64,000 nucleotides of DNA from Octopus sinensis (GCF_006345805.1 NC_043004.1:58962001-59026000); one strand, 5' to 3'. Numbered from the stretch's first letter, positions 38,767 to 53,596 are shown. The notes: generated by a model not told the origin, from the sequence alone. Translations and numbers: made by a program.

Positions 38767-38770
38767 ATGT
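38135..38770. repeat. (TATG)n / (TATC)n tetranucleotide tract
   Basis: Direct reading. Many similar TA, CA, TATC, ATT and TAC microsatellites occur throughout. Confidence 0.9.
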
Positions 38771-39533
38771 ACGTATTCATATGCATATAACTGAATTTCC
38801 ATATACATAAACCAGCACCAGCCTATACGTATGGACACGTATGCATGTATAAGTGTGAGTGTATACGAATGCGTGTCCGCTGCTCTTGCCTGTCTGTATG
38901 TGTCTGTGTGCACGTTAGCTAGATAAAGATATGATACGTTTAGCCGATGCGTGTGTGCACCGAAGCCAGTGAATATCTCCACTGTGTGTGTATTTATCTA
39001 TGCATCTGATTGTGTGTATATGTGTGTGTGTGTGTGTGTATGCTATTGCGTGTGTGCCTGTGTGAGTATGCAACTATTATATTTTCTTCAATAGAATCGT
39101 AAGAACCTCTTAATGACTTTAAATAAACGAAATATTAATTTTATTTAAATATGGATGCAATTATGTATAACTGCACGTATATCTGTAGATCTGTATTTAC
39201 ATATGTATATTGTAATTTCATTGGCTTCTGCAAAGACGATGTTGCTTTGTATCATCAATAGATTTTGGACAAAAAGCAACTAGTCTTTACATGACAAACT
39301 TTAGAAAAATCTTGCAGCTCTTTACTGCCCACGATATTTAAAAAATATATATATTTATTCGAAAATCCTAACTTTGCAACATTCTCACAATAAAAATTTA
39401 TTCAGAAAAACAAGTATATCAATATTTATTGGTACATACAGCGTGGTCCAAAAGCCACGCGTCAAAATGGCTGACATTTAATCTATATTACGTTTTTGTT
39501 GTTGTTGTTGTTGTTGTTATTATATTATTATTA

Positions 39534-39626
<93 letters not shown>

Positions 39627-39635
39627 TTTTATTGA

Positions 39636-40190
39636 AGGCGGTGAGCTAGCAAAAGCGTTAGCACGCCGGGTGAAATACTTATCGGTATTTCATCTGCCGT
39701 TACGTTCTGAGCTCAAATTCCGCCGAGGTTGACTTTGCCTTTCATCCTTTCGAGGTCGATTAAATAAGTACCAGTTACGCACTGGGGTCGATATAATCGA
39801 ATTAATCCGTTTGTCTGTCCTTGTTTGTTCCCTCTGTGTTTAGCCCCTTTTGGGTAGTAAAGAAATAGAAATAGGTATTTAGTCTGACGCTACGTTCTGA
39901 GTTGAAATTCCGCCGAGGTCGACTTTGCCTTTCCCCATTTCGGGGTCGATGAAATAAGTACCAGTTGAGTACTGGGGTCAATGTAATCGACTCATCCCCA
40001 CCTCACCCAAGCGGCCCTTGAGGCAAAAAAATAACATTATTTGGTCTGCCGCTACGTTCCGGGTTCAAAATCCGCCGAAGCTGCCTTTGCCTTTCGTCTT
40101 TTCGGGGCCGATAAATTAAGTACTAGTGAAACATTGGGGTCGATGTGATCGGCTATTCCCCACCCCCAAATTTCAGGCCTTGTACTTATA
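39636..40190 (+). mobile_element. Three head-to-tail SINE family B units
   Basis: Same consensus. Other B copies at 6683-6885 (+), 9536-9735 (-), 21660-21780 (-), 23120-23320 (-), 26925-27155 (+), 32720-32940 (-), 42085-42290 (+), 42555-42750 (+) and 50590-50715 (+). Confidence 0.85.
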
Positions 40191-40204
40191 ATAATAAAGG
40201 ATTA

Positions 40205-41400
40205 TAATTATCATATGGAAACTCTCAGCTTGTTTTGCTGGGTATGATGGAGAGTGTCAGCTGTTTGCAGCCAGCAGACTAAGGTGACACTTGTTTATTG
40301 GTCATGCTTCAAGAACCCTGCGAAGAATTCTTGCAGTTCCAAGCAATGCTGATTTTTGTAGATGTTCTACCTTCACACTTGTACCGATCTGTTTCAGCCA
40401 TGTTTGTAGTTGAGTGCTGATACCTCCAAGTGCACCAATTATTATTGGTATCACGTCTGCTCTCTTCATTGACCACAACATTCGTATTTCCCACTTCAAA
40501 TCGTCATAGTTGTTTATTTCTTCTTCTTCTTTCACATTGATCCTGTTGTCATCTGGGCATGCTATATGTCGATTATCATACATGTTCTTTCTTTTTTATT
40601 CACCACAACATTGTCCAGTTCCCGATGTCTGGTCAAGTGATCGCACTGGATCATTGTATCCCACAGGATTTTGCAGTTCTCATTTTCGGTAACTCCTGGA
40701 ATTTGCACTTACCACGTCTTTGTTCTTTGTAGGCTGTGGTTTCCACAGAGCTCCCAACGGATCATTCTTGCCACACTGTCATGGAGTCTTCTGTTATTTC
40801 TTTGTGCCAATTTCGGGCTTTCGCTAACGATGTGTCATACCGTTTCACCTGTCTCACCGGTCTCACCACACATTCGGCATTTGTCGCTATCGGTATTGTT
40901 GTCTGTTCTGCGCTTCATATAGTTGATCCTTAACGCTTGTTCCTGAGCTGCGCATATGAGTGCTTCTGTCTCTATCTTCAGGTCACTTCTCTACGTCCAT
41001 AGCCATCGGTTCTCTGTATGTCTTGGTGCTGACATCTCTGTCCGTAGATTTTCTTTCCCTTCCATGCTTTTTATTGTTTTTTTTCTTCATTTCCTGTTTA
41101 CATTTTTCTCTAGTTACACAGTTTTCAGTTTTGATGATACCGGCCTTCTTCGTGTGTTTCAACAGTGGCTCCACGGCATTTTTATATACCACCCTAAGCT
41201 GTCTTCCTCGGCTTCGATACAGTACTGGCAACTGATCAGACCTCTCCCACCTTTTATTCTGGACAAGTACAGCCTATCGGTGTCACTTATTCATTTTGTT
41301 CATCATGTACATACGTATTTCTCATTTTCCTGTTTTACTAGAAACATTGAAGCATATCTGAGGAATCCGGAGCTAATTGAACTTATTTTCTGCGTGACTT
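40205..41400 (-). mobile_element. 5'-truncated, frameshifted R4/Dong (Rex6-like) non-LTR retrotransposon: CCHC knuckle + restriction-like endonuclease
   Basis: C-terminus KWEIRMLWSMKRADVIPIIIGALG..LQKSALLGTARILRRVLEA*. Upstream frames give CRMCGETGETVWHIVS and ILWDTMIQCDH..PD. Confidence 0.85.
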
Positions 41401-41848
41401 TTGACCCAGCCTGTATTTTAATTCATAATCAATGTAGACAAGCTGTAAGTTTTGTAGCAGTGGTCCATAGATATTCTACTTACGGATTTTTGGAAGAGAT
41501 TCTCAGATTTAGCAAGAGATACAGAAGAGCTAACTCTTTGCTTAACCATGGTTTTCCATTTTTTTTGCCCCAAATAACTATCATGCCTATTATGTTTTCA
41601 CTAGGTAAAAGTTTTGGTGGGAATGTTCCCTCAATACCCCAAAGTTGATATATATATACTCTTTCACTCTTTTACTTGTTCCAGTCATGTGATTGTGGCC
41701 TTTAGTTGAGCAAATCGACCCCAGGGCTTATTCTTTGTAAGCCTAGTACTTATTCTATCGGTCTCTTTTGCCGAACCGCTAAGTTACGGGGACGTAAACA
41801 CACCAGTATCGGTTGTCAAGTGATGTTGGGGGTACAAACACAGACAAA

Positions 41849-41887
<39 letters not shown>

Positions 41888-42986
41888 ACACACACACACA
41901 CATATACGACGGGCTGCTTTCAGTTTCCGTCTACCAAATCCACTCACAAGGCTTTGGTCGGCCCGTGGTGCCACGGAGTGTGACTGAACCCGGAGCCATG
42001 TGGTTCGTAAGCAAGCTACTTACAACACAACTACTCCTACGCCTATGGATACATCTAGCAACAGAAGTGTTGCTATTATTCTAAAGTAGTGAGCTGGCAG
42101 AAATAAATACTTAGCGGCATTTTGTCTGTCTTTACATTCTGAGTTTAAATTCTGTCGAAGTCGACCTTGCTTTTCATCCTTTCGAGGTCGACAAATTAAA
42201 TACCAGTGAAACATTGGGGGTGATCTAATCAACTAGTCCCCCCGCCGCTTCATCACCCAATTTTTTCAGGACTTCTGCCTTTAGTACAAATGATTATTCT
42301 TGAGCAGTTTTCTTCTCAGGGTAGCATCATAAGCAGTTTTAGCAACATCATGCTCAGCTGCTGATTACAAAAGAATGACATGATTATAATTTTCGGTAGC
42401 ATCACCGGAGTTTAAGAGTTTCACAGTGTCTTTATTTTATTTTTTATTTTTGTTGTAGCTATCTTCTATTTTTGATTTGCCTAAGTGTAAAATGGGAAGT
42501 AGCGGCTGCGAGTCTAAGAGAGGCTACCCTTCATGTTCATATTACCATCCTCCTTAAGGCAGTGGGCTGGCAGAATCAATAGCACGTCGGACAAAATGCT
42601 TACTGTCATTTCTTCCGACAAATATCACCGAGGTCAACTTCCATCGTTTCGGGGACGACAAAGTAAGTGCCATTTGAGCACTGAGGTCGATATAAGGCCT
42701 AATATCTCTCCCTCTAACGTTTCTGGCCTTGTGTCAAAATTTTAAACCAATACAACCATCCTTTTCAAGTTTACAAGAAACACATCCACCTATAACCTTT
42801 TTGTGCATGCAAAGTGTTTATCTAAGTCTTTGCTGATACAGGCTAAAGCCTCACTGCCAGGTTCATATAAGACGTCACTAAGAAGTGCGTGCTTCTTGGG
42901 GAATTCACTAGCAACAGCAAATTTTTTTTCACTTTATTTTTGAACCGTTGGTTGATGTATTTGCATTTGCTTATATTATTTATTGT

Positions 42987-43265
42987 GGAGGCGCAATGGC
43001 CCAGTAATTAGGGCAGCGGACTCGCAGTCAGAGGATCGCGGTTTCGATTCCCAGACCGGGCGTCGTGTGTGTTTATTGAGCGAAAACACTTAAAAGCTCC
43101 ACGATCTCCGGCAGGGGATGGTGGCGACTCCTGTTGTACTCTTTCGCTCCAACTTTCTCTCACTCTCTCTTCCTGTTTCTTGAGTAACGCTGCGATGGAC
43201 TGGCTGGGGAACACATACGCCACAGAAACCGGGAAACAGGTTGGCTAGGCTCGAAAAGGGGCAAC
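42987..43265 (+). mobile_element. SINE family C (tRNA-like head ggaggcgcaatggcccagt..ggtttcgattccc)
   Basis: Other copies at 22363-22620 (+), 26130-26345 (-) and 9060-9406 (-, tail duplicated). Head only at about 10370-10410. Confidence 0.8.
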
Positions 43266-43785
43266 GTTTATCTATTATTTATTAGACGCTGTCTGAATGA
43301 TACAGCATTCTAAGATTGTCTGCACTGACTTTAATAATCCACCTCCTCCCACTCTCACTTTTGAGATAGTCTATCAAAACTGCTGTTTCTATAGAAGTTT
43401 GCAGTTGCTGTCAGGATCTTCAGAACTTTAATGTCCATGGAAAGAATTTTCTTTACAGGCCAGTCAAAACGATGGTATCAGTATGAGCACTACTAAGGCA
43501 TTCTGGAATATTGCCTTGTTTTAAAAGGAAAATCCTCGCCGCCATCTTTATTAGTCTGGTATGATATTCTTTGGTTATTCTATCTTTTTGTGCCATTATC
43601 TTTTATCTTTTACTTGTTTCACTCACTAGACTGCAGCAATGCTGGGGCACCGCCTTGAAGAGTTCTAGTCGAACAGATCGAGCCTAGTACTTATTCTATC
43701 AGTCTCTTAGGCTGAACCGCTAAGTTTTAGGGACGTAAACACATCAACAGCAGTTGTCAAGTGATACTGGGGCACACACACACAC

Positions 43786-43816
<31 letters not shown>

Positions 43817-44240
43817 CATACATACATATATACATACATACATATATACATGCATACATACATACATATATATACGACGGACTTCTTTTAGTTTCCGTCT
43901 TCCAAATCCAATCACAAGGTCCGAGGCTTTAGCAGAAAACACTTGCCCAAGGTGCCACGAAGTAGGATTGAACTCAAAACCATATGGCTGGGAAGAATGT
44001 TTCTTACCACGTAAGCACTCGATGTGTGGAACACAGAAGATAGAGAAATCATGGATGTAAACATTTTGAATCAGAGAAATGAGAAAGAAAGAAATGCTAT
44101 CGACCTCGGGACCTTGTGATTACGAAGTGAAATATGAGACTGTTTGGCCTTATACTGTCTTTAATATTGATTTCAAATTTTGGCACAAGGCCGGAAATTT
44201 CGGGGGAGGGGATAAGTGAATTACATTGACCCCAGTGTTC

Positions 44241-46017
44241 AACTGGTACTTATTTTATCGACTCCGAAAGAATGAAAGGTAATATCGACCTCGGCGGAAT
44301 TTTGAATTCAGAACGTAAAGACGGACGAAATGCCGCTAAGCATTTTTACCGGCGTGCTAACGATTCTTCGAGCTAGCCTCCTACACTTCTTCAATTTTGG
44401 AAAAGGAAATTATCATTGGGATAATGAAGCCCTATATAACTTTAAAATTTGTCTTTAAAAAGTGGAGTGGTCATGGCTGGAATGTTTTTGATCATAAATT
44501 TGCTAAACTAAGACTGACCTAAGGTTAAACGAGATCAGCAGCAATAACAGCAGCACGTAGATTATTTTGAGCCAGCAAGGGATGCTCCATACTTTTGACT
44601 TGCTAGAAATAGTAGTCATATTTCACTGAAATCACAGCCCAACGCCTTTGCGTTGGATAATGTAGTGTTTAATTATATTAAATGCTGAGCTACAATAGTA
44701 TGATGGTCATAACTGGAACGCTTTCGATCATAGATTTGCTCAAGCAACATCTGCAATGGTAATGCAAAAATCACTATGTGGTCGCTTTACTTGCTGGAAA
44801 GAGTAGTCATGGCTCCCTCAAATCCTAACAAAGCATCGATACATTAGAAAGTGTAGAAGCAGATATATGAATAATAAAAATGAATAAACGTAATGGTCGC
44901 GGCTGGAACACTTTTGATCATACGCTTGTTCTGTGAAGATTGATAGGAGAGGTTTAAACAACAACAATAACATCAAGAATTGCAGCATCAACAAATTTAA
45001 TCAATTTATTGATGGTAATTAAATCAGCTGTCTTATTTATCATTGATCGCAATAAAATTAAAAGTATTTGATTTATTACAGTTATATTGTAAACTTTTAC
45101 ATGCCTTGCCAGTTACGTCAAACATTATAATTAAGTTAAGGTTAGTGTTAATATATCTAATGCCGGAAACATTAGAAAGCTAATTAGAAATTATTATGCA
45201 ATGAAGCTTAACTAAATAAATAAATAGAATAAAATGAATAAATGACAAATATTACTTTAAAATTTTTTTCTGCAAGGGAGACAAATCGCAGCATATTTGT
45301 GTTTTTATTATTACGTCATCAGCACATTACCAGGCATTATCAGAAGCTACCGCCATTGTGACATGTAGACGGTATCCCACATGAATGTTAGTATGATATG
45401 AACTCAAGCGGCAGCAAGATGGCAGTTAAAACACATCAGACTTCATTGATCTACACATCTTACAATGCATTAGCAGACATTCTATTTCTTTTGTTTCTAG
45501 TCGGCCAATGAGCACCGCTCAACCGAAAACTTGGTCGGTATAGACATGAAATACTCAATTTAAGTTGAAACCGGTAGGAAAAGATCTATGAATACGTTTC
45601 TTAAATATTGTTTGTTTTTGAAATTATGCACTAAAATTAAACGATATATTATGAAATTAGTCATAAAATTCTTGGTGCATTATCCGTCTTTTAACCTTTA
45701 TTTTTCTTCGTATATGACGTGTAAATTTTACTGAATCCTGGGTTCATAATAATTATCATAGATGTTTACAGTGTTGAAGTCTAGTCATTAGTAGTCTTTT
45801 GCTCTTACTCTTTTACTTGTTTCAGTCATTTGACTGTGGCCATGTTGGAGCACCGCCTTTAGTCGATCAAATCGACCCCAGGACTTATTCTTTGTAAGCC
45901 TAGTACTTATTCTATCGGTATCTTTTGGCGAACCATTAAGTTACGGGGACGTAAACACACCAGCATTGGTTGTCAAGCGATGTTGGGGGGGCAAACACAG
46001 ACACACAAACATAAACA

Positions 46018-46075
<58 letters not shown>

Positions 46076-46732
46076 CATATATACGACGGGCTTCTTTCAG
46101 TTTCTATCAACCAAATCCACTCACAAGTCTTTGGTCGGCTCGAGGCTATAGTAGAAGGCACTTGTCCAAGGTGCCGCGCAGTGGGACTGAACCCAGAACC
46201 ATGTGGTTCCTAAGCAAGCTACTTACCACATAGCCACTCCTACGCCTACAAGTTTTTTCTTTTCTTGTTATGGATCTTTGGAATATCTGTAAAAGTTCAA
46301 GTCGGAAGTATGTTTCAAATTGGAGTTTTATGTATATGTTATTTAACGCTGAAAGAATAAAGCTGTACACACATGGAGCATTAGTTTTATGGACTGTGTC
46401 ACGAATTACTGTCTCTACCTGTTGTTATTGCTGCTGATCTCGTTTAACCTTAGGTCAGTCTTAGTTTAGCAAATTTATGATCAAAAACATTCCAGCCATG
46501 ACCACTCCATTTTTTAAAGACAAATTTTAAAGCTATATAGGGATTCATTATCCCAATGATAATTTCCTTTTTCCAAAATTGAAGAAGTGTAGGAGGCTAG
46601 CTCGAAGAATCGTTAACACGCCGGTAAAAATGCTTAGCGGCATTTCGTCCGTCTTTACGTTCTGAATTCAAAATTCCGCTGAGGTCGATATTACCTTTCA
46701 TTCTTTCGGAGTCGATAAAATAAGTACCAGTT
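44241..46732. repeat. Local inverted duplication: arms 44241-44549 and 46423-46732
   Basis: The arms share the same SINE-B/family-H junction and private variants (ttttgaattc, gattcttcgagctagc). Confidence 0.88.
44375..44975 (+). repeat. Three tandem copies of repeat family H (ctagaaatagcagccaaa..ggtcatggctggaatg..gatcata)
   Basis: The motif recurs at about 44460, 44600-44740 and 44780-44960. Fragments also at about 7040, 26380 and 60720. Confidence 0.55.
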
Positions 46733-47277
46733 ACATTTGTTCACATAATTCTATGTTTTCTCACGGTTCCTAATGCCTTACTGCCGGCCATTATATTGTA
46801 TGCCGCGAGACAGATTGAAGAAGATGACGAGAACCGGATCTGTTCAAAGCAAGTCCCATATCTTCATTTGAGCATGAAATTCACATTTCTGTAAGACACC
46901 AGTTAAATTACTACGTAGAAAACAGAAATACGAACACATTGGTCTGGTTTATTACATTTGCCATGGCTTTGAGTGAACACGCGCTGATAAACATCGATCA
47001 ACAGAGGTATTTGGACCATCAAACAGCCTTCTCTGAACAAAACTGAAGTAACGGAACTATATATATATATTTTTTTTCTTTTATTCTTTTATTTGTTTCA
47101 GCCATTTTGACGTGGCCATGCTGGAGCACCACCTTTTAATCTAAGAAATTGCCTCCTTTGTACTTATTCTATTGGTCTCTTTTTGCCGAAACACCAAGTT
47201 GCTGCGACGCAGACACAACTAAGACCGGTTATCAACCGATTGTGGGGTGGGGGGAACAGACACAATGTGACACATAA

Positions 47278-47313
<36 letters not shown>

Positions 47314-47939
47314 CGGCGCGCGTACACATATATGCGAAGGGCTTCTTTCAGTTTCTGTCTATCAAATCCACTCACAATGCTTAGTCGGACTTAGTCTATG
47401 TAGTCTATAGCATAAAAGACTTGCCTAAGGTGCCATACAGTAGGACTGTACGTAGAATCATGTGACTGAGAAGCTAACCTCGTACCATACACCCACATCT
47501 GCCGCTATGTGATATATATATATATATATAGCAGAAGACACCTGCCCAGGGTGCAACGCAGTGGTTGGGAAGCATGTAGATAAGTGCCTTATAAGTGCCT
47601 TCTAATATAATCTCGGGTTTAAAATATAGTAAAAGGAAACTATTTGGAAGCTCCATTTTAGCAGGACTGGACATGTATGACAAGAACCGTCCTTCCATGC
47701 TTCTCGTATGCAAGCAGTTGGTTTTTGCTCTGAGTATTAACTTTATTACAATAAAAGTACCGTCACCTCGAGAAGAGGAACCGTACACTTCTGCACAGCA
47801 GACATGCAACACCTCAGTTACCCAAATACACCTGCTGCAATGACAATTACTAAAGATATTCACTTTACAATCCCGAGTTTTGTGTTCGATGCTAGTGTGG
47901 GATATCTTAGCCAAGTGTCTTTTAATATCTTTTCTACCT

Positions 47940-48940
47940 TAAGCGCAAGGCCTGAAATTTGGTAGGATGTGGGGTGGAGGGGGGCGAGTCGATTACATTG
48001 ATCCCAGTGCATAACTGGTACTTATTTCATCGATCCCGAAAGGTTCTAAGGCAAGTCAATCTCGGCGAAATTTAAACTCAGAACGCAAGGACAGACGAAA
48101 CTCCGCTAAACATTTTACCCAGTGTGTCACTGATTCAGCCAGCTCGCCGCCTTCAAATGTATTTTAATATAACGTCTAGCGAGGGCGGCGAGCTGGCAGA
48201 AACGTTAGCACGCCGGGCGAAATGCTTAGCATTATTTCGTCTGTCGCTACGTTCTGAGTTCGAATTCCGTCGAGGTCGACTTTGCCTTTCATTTTTTTCC
48301 AGGTCGATTAAATAGGTACCAGTTATGCAATGGAGTCGATATAATCGACTTAATCCGTTTGTCTGTCCTTGTTTGTCCCCTCTGTGTTTAGCCCTTTGTG
48401 GGTAGTAAAGAAATAGGTATTTCGTCTGCCGTTACGCTCTGAGGTCAAATATCGCCGAGGTCGAAGTTGCTTTTCATCCTTTCGGGGTCAATTAAATAAG
48501 TATCAGTTACGCACTCGGGTCGATATAATCGACTTAATCCGTTTGTTTGTCCTTGTTTGTTCCCTCTAGCTCATTAAGAGTAAAGTTATGCAGGAGGATG
48601 GAAAAGTGACCATGCTCTTAGACTATGATTTCCAGACGGATCATGTAATCGAACACCGTCGGTTGGATATTGTCATATTGAATTAGAGAGACAAATAGTG
48701 TCAAATCATTGATGTAGCCATACCAAATGACATGAATGTTGTGTGTCTAGCTCCTTAAGAGTAGCAAAGAAATAAGAAATGTTAGCAAGCTGGGTGAAAG
48801 GCATTTTGTCCGTATTCACGTCCTGAGTTCAAGTTCCGTCGAGGTCGACTTTACCCTTCATCCTTTCGGGGTCGATAAAATAAGTACCGATCAATCCCTT
48901 CCTACAAATTGCTAGCTTTGGGCCAAAATTTGAAATCAAT
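47940..48940. mobile_element. SINE family B group: minus copy 47940-48150 facing a plus dimer 48182-48570, and 48770-48940
   Basis: Consensus matches in both orientations about 30 bp apart. Confidence 0.8.
48570..48744 (+). mobile_element. Fragment of the same R4/Dong subfamily, inverted relative to 51240-52195
   Basis: KVMQEDGKVTMLLDYDFQTDHVIEHRRLDIVILN*RDK*CQIIDVAIPND. About 95% identical by eye. Confidence 0.8.
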
Positions 48941-49494
48941 ATAACCTCCAGTCGACTAAAGACTTTTGAGTGAAGCTGAATATGCTGAAACTATGTAGAA
49001 AGCCGTCTGAGGGATTGTATCTATAATTCCAATGTTATGTTGTGTCACGTTGTGTTACGCTGATTTTGTCCGAGAATTATACAACGGAAACGTGTGTATG
49101 CAGAATACTCGCCTACTTGCATGTTAATTCAATGATTACGTAATACAGCTGATCAATCAACTGGATACAAATCGTCGAGAGCGGCCGAGATCCGTTGCTC
49201 GAGCAATTGAAAGATTAATTTGTCGAAACTACAAGCAGATTCATCAAATCTGTTCGAGTGTACGGCGATATTGGTTAAGTGTTGGATTGAGTTACAATGG
49301 TTCAACGGGTGAACACCAATAACAAATGACAGTGTGAGTTAGCTGAGGGAAGTTTGGCCATCAAGCTTGTGACGTTTTCAGTTTGACTTCGTTACATTCA
49401 CAGAAATTAAAACAGACACGCATGTAGAATGTTTGTGTGTGTCTGAGTGTGTGTGTGCACGCGCGCGCCGAGTATGTAAATGTGTATGTATGTG

Positions 49495-49560
<66 letters not shown>

Positions 49561-49577
49561 ATCTATCTATCTATCTA

Positions 49578-49701
<124 letters not shown>

Positions 49702-49943
49702 ATGGTGCTATTTTAATCGGTAGATGGTTACAAAAGTGATTCAGGCGTCGAAAGTTTCATATCGAGCACTTCTCTCACATTTATAATATTCCGTCTATTA
49801 AAAATTATTACTATTAATCCGCTGGGAGCGACTTTAACTTTCAGGGTTGCAACACTGGGTCGATCTAATCTACCTACTCCCTGCCCTGAAATTGCTGATC
49901 GGGTGCCAAAATTTGAAATCAATATTATTATTATTATTATTAT

Positions 49944-50029
<86 letters not shown>

Positions 50030-50033
<4 letters not shown>

Positions 50034-50570
50034 AGTGAGAGAGCAGTGTATGCCATCAAAGTGACACTGGGGTAAAATATGCGAAGCCCAGTATACCCAT
50101 CATGGTTACCCGTCTGATAAGGTTACACTAGGCACATGTATCACTACCATATGTGCTTGACCATAAACGGTGCTTGACCTTGCAGGTGGGGCCGAGTTAG
50201 AATTTTTTCACATCGAATAGCCCATCCCGCTAAAAAGGTCCGTGAGTAAGAGTTGTATAAGGATCTTGAACGAAACACCCATATTTCCAAAGGTGAATGA
50301 TCCAAACCCGAAAGAATTCCTCTCTGCACATAATTATGACGCTCCCCCACTACTTCTGCTCGTGACCAGAGATGCTCATATCGTCAGCCACTAAGGGACA
50401 TGCTCAACTGGTTAAGGTCAAACAACTGACAAGCAAATCTGTGGTATTGAGCAGAATATTTGCTGTAGCCCGTCTTTTAAACCAAGACAAAGCAAATCAC
50501 ATGATAACACTTCCAATCAGTTAAGATAGGAAGCCATGAGCACCACTGCCTGGTACTGCATCAGGGCATT
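50030..50570 (-). mobile_element. Unclassified interspersed repeat with long (AAT)n tail (49920-50030)
   Basis: Non-coding and tail-bearing; family recognised only by architecture. Confidence 0.4.
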
Positions 50571-51043
50571 TAATTATCATTATTATTATATCAAGGCGTT
50601 TAGCTGGCAGAATCGTTAGCATGTTGGACGAAATGCTTAGCGGTATTTCGCCCGTCGCTACGTTCTGATTTCAAATCTCACCGGGGTCGACATTCCCTTT
50701 CATCCTTTCGGATATCATCATCATCATCATTATTATTATTATTATCATTATTATTATTATTATCATCATCATCATCATCATCATCATTATTATTATTATT
50801 ATTATTATCATTATCATCATGTGTGTGTGTGTTTGTGTGTCTGTGTTTGTCCCCCTAGCATTGCTTGACAACCGATGCTGGTGTGCTTACGTCCCCGTCA
50901 CTTAGCGGTTCGGCAAAAAGAGACCGATAGAATAAGTACTGGGCTTAAAAAGAATAAGTCCCGGGGTCGATTTGCTCGACTAAAGGCGGTGCTCCAGCAT
51001 GGCCGCAGTCAAATGACTGAAACAAGTAAAAGAGTAAAAGAGT

Positions 51044-51093
<50 letters not shown>

Positions 51094-51128
51094 TATCATT
51101 ATTATTATTAACATTATCATTATTGTTA

Positions 51129-51193
<65 letters not shown>

Positions 51194-51239
51194 GTTGTTG
51201 TTGTTGTTGTTATTATCATTATCATCATTATTCATTTGT

Positions 51240-52193
51240 AACATAGTGTAGGTAAAAATGCGCTGGAGTCGTTAGTCATCTGTGAAGTCACAAGGAGGAC
51301 CTCAGATAATACCTTCTTTAACTGTGCGCTATGCCCTATAAGGTTTCAATCTTGCATGGGATTTCCAGTTGCCTTAGCTTCAATGGCATTCCATACAGTC
51401 TCGCCATTTCCACTTTCAATTCGGAGTACTTGGATGATTTTTTTCAGTCTCTTTACTCACAACATTTATGCCATTTGCTATGGCTGCATCAATGATTTGA
51501 CACTATTTGTCTCTCTAATTCAGTGGTTTTCAACCAGGGATCCGCGGAACCTTAGGGTTCCGTCGGTACAGTCCAGGGGTTCCGCAAGAAGTTACAAAAC
51601 TGCCAAAATCGGCAGTAATTTTAAATTCTCCTGTGCAGATATGTGTGCATAAGACTATTAAATTATTGCACAGGGGTTCCTCGAGCCAGTGGAATGTTTC
51701 CTTGGGGTTCCGCTCCAGCAAAAAGTTTGAAAAGCACTGCTCTAATTCAATATGACAATATCCAACGGACGGTGTTCGATTACATGATCCATCTGGAAAT
51801 CATAGTCTAAGAGTATGGTTACTTTTCCATCCTCCTGCATAACTTTACTTGGTACATGCTCATACCAGTTCTCTGTTACTTAATATTGGTATTTACGGCA
51901 TAAGAGCCAATGAAGACACACACACACACAATTTATCGTGGCGGCGCTTCTATTCTTTTTGTGCAAGGCTCTCATATCCAATTAACAAGTAGGTCACATT
52001 TTCTACCACTCTTTCCACAGAGTTTGAATTTCTGGGTGTCAGAAGTTTTATAGATGTTATACTTCACTGAATTGGTAGCGAGAGCCTTGTCTTGTGCAGC
52101 AATGATGAGGCTTTCGGTGGTGCGCTTCAAATCACCTTGCTGAAGCAATGCCCAATGCTGTATTATCCTTAACGTTCTGTGTATTCCTTTCAA

Positions 52194-52195
<2 letters not shown>
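51240..52195 (-). mobile_element. Second R4/Dong-type remnant (different subfamily), split by the hAT MITE
   Basis: LLQQGDLKRTTESLIIAAQDKALATNSVKYNIYK..KLCGK, then ILLDYDFQMDHVIEHRPLDIVI..IIDAAI. Confidence 0.8.
51521..51739 (-). mobile_element. Second copy of the same hAT MITE, inserted in an R4/Dong LINE remnant
   Basis: Reverse complement of 6055-6273. Perfect 8-bp TSD CTCTAATT. Confidence 0.9.
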
Positions 52196-52285
<90 letters not shown>

Positions 52286-53596
52286 CGTAAAAGTATAATA
52301 TTCAATTTAGGAAAAGTACTGAGTAATCCTCAGGTTAATGCAAAATTGGTTTTATTACTAGACATAAAAGTATACATTTACACAGACACAGACACACACA
52401 CGTACACGCACATACACGTATACACACACAAATATACACGTGTGTGTCTATATGTATATGTGTATATATATCCTCGCACGTAAATATACAGAGCAACAGC
52501 GGACGGACTTAGAACATCGTATATGATTATGCTGGATATTTTTGGGATACATTAAGAGAGTTCAGAGCTGGCGATACTCTCTCTTTTACTCTTTTACTTG
52601 TTTCAGTCATTTGACTGCGGCCATGCTGGAGCACTGCCTTTAATCGAGCAACTCGACCAGGAACTTATTCTTTTGTAAGCCCAGTACTTATTCTATCGGT
52701 CTCTTTTACCGAACCGCTAAGTAACGGGGACATAAACACACCAGCATCGGTGGTCAAGCAAACACAGACGCACAAACACACACACGCATATATATATATA
52801 TACATATATACGACGGGCTTCTTTCAGTTTCCGTCTACCAAATCCACTCACAAGGCTTTGGTCGGCCCGAGACTATAGTAGAAGACACTTGCCCAAGGTG
52901 CCACGCAGTGAGACTGAACCCGGAACCATGTGGTTGGTAAACAAGCTACTTAACACACAGCCACTCCTGCGCCTATTGAATAAAAAAGAAAAAAAAATTA
53001 TAAATCGTCTGTCAGTGACGGCATTTAAGTTGACGATGACGAAATTACAGTAGACGACAACGTAATTGAGACAAATGCTAGAGAATTTAAGGTCTTTGGT
53101 GATGTACGCATGTTAAAACCCATATCAATTTTCGACAAGAGGAATGAAAGATAAAACCTGGTATTTCAGTAGACAGAAGTTCAAAACGTTGAAGAGGGTG
53201 ACGTGAAGTTAGCGGGTAGGTTTGATCTTTGATAGCAATCGCACATGTTTCGCTGCTATTAGCCATCCCCACATAAAATAAATAAATAAATAAATAAAGC
53301 CACTCACGACTTGCGAGATATTAGAATAATTAATAACTATAGTATTTTGTGTAAAAATAATTCAATGATTAAATGAATTATAATAATGAGACTGGAAAAT
53401 TTCTCAAGCGTGCATGCCCTTGAAGTATACATAAATATGTTGCAGGGTTTCGTATTTAATGCAGTGAACCGAAAATTCATTTTGTTCAATTGAAATTACC
53501 GCATTGACAAGAAAAATAATTAGCGCTAATAAAAGTATGATTTATCGTAATCGCAAGGCACAGAAGTATATGTACGTATGTATGTATGTATGTATG

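Noticed and set aside
47474-47914. Overlapping 146-aa (-) and 82-aa (+) ORFs
   Set aside because: No recognisable domain or splice context, and the minus ORF runs into a SINE head.
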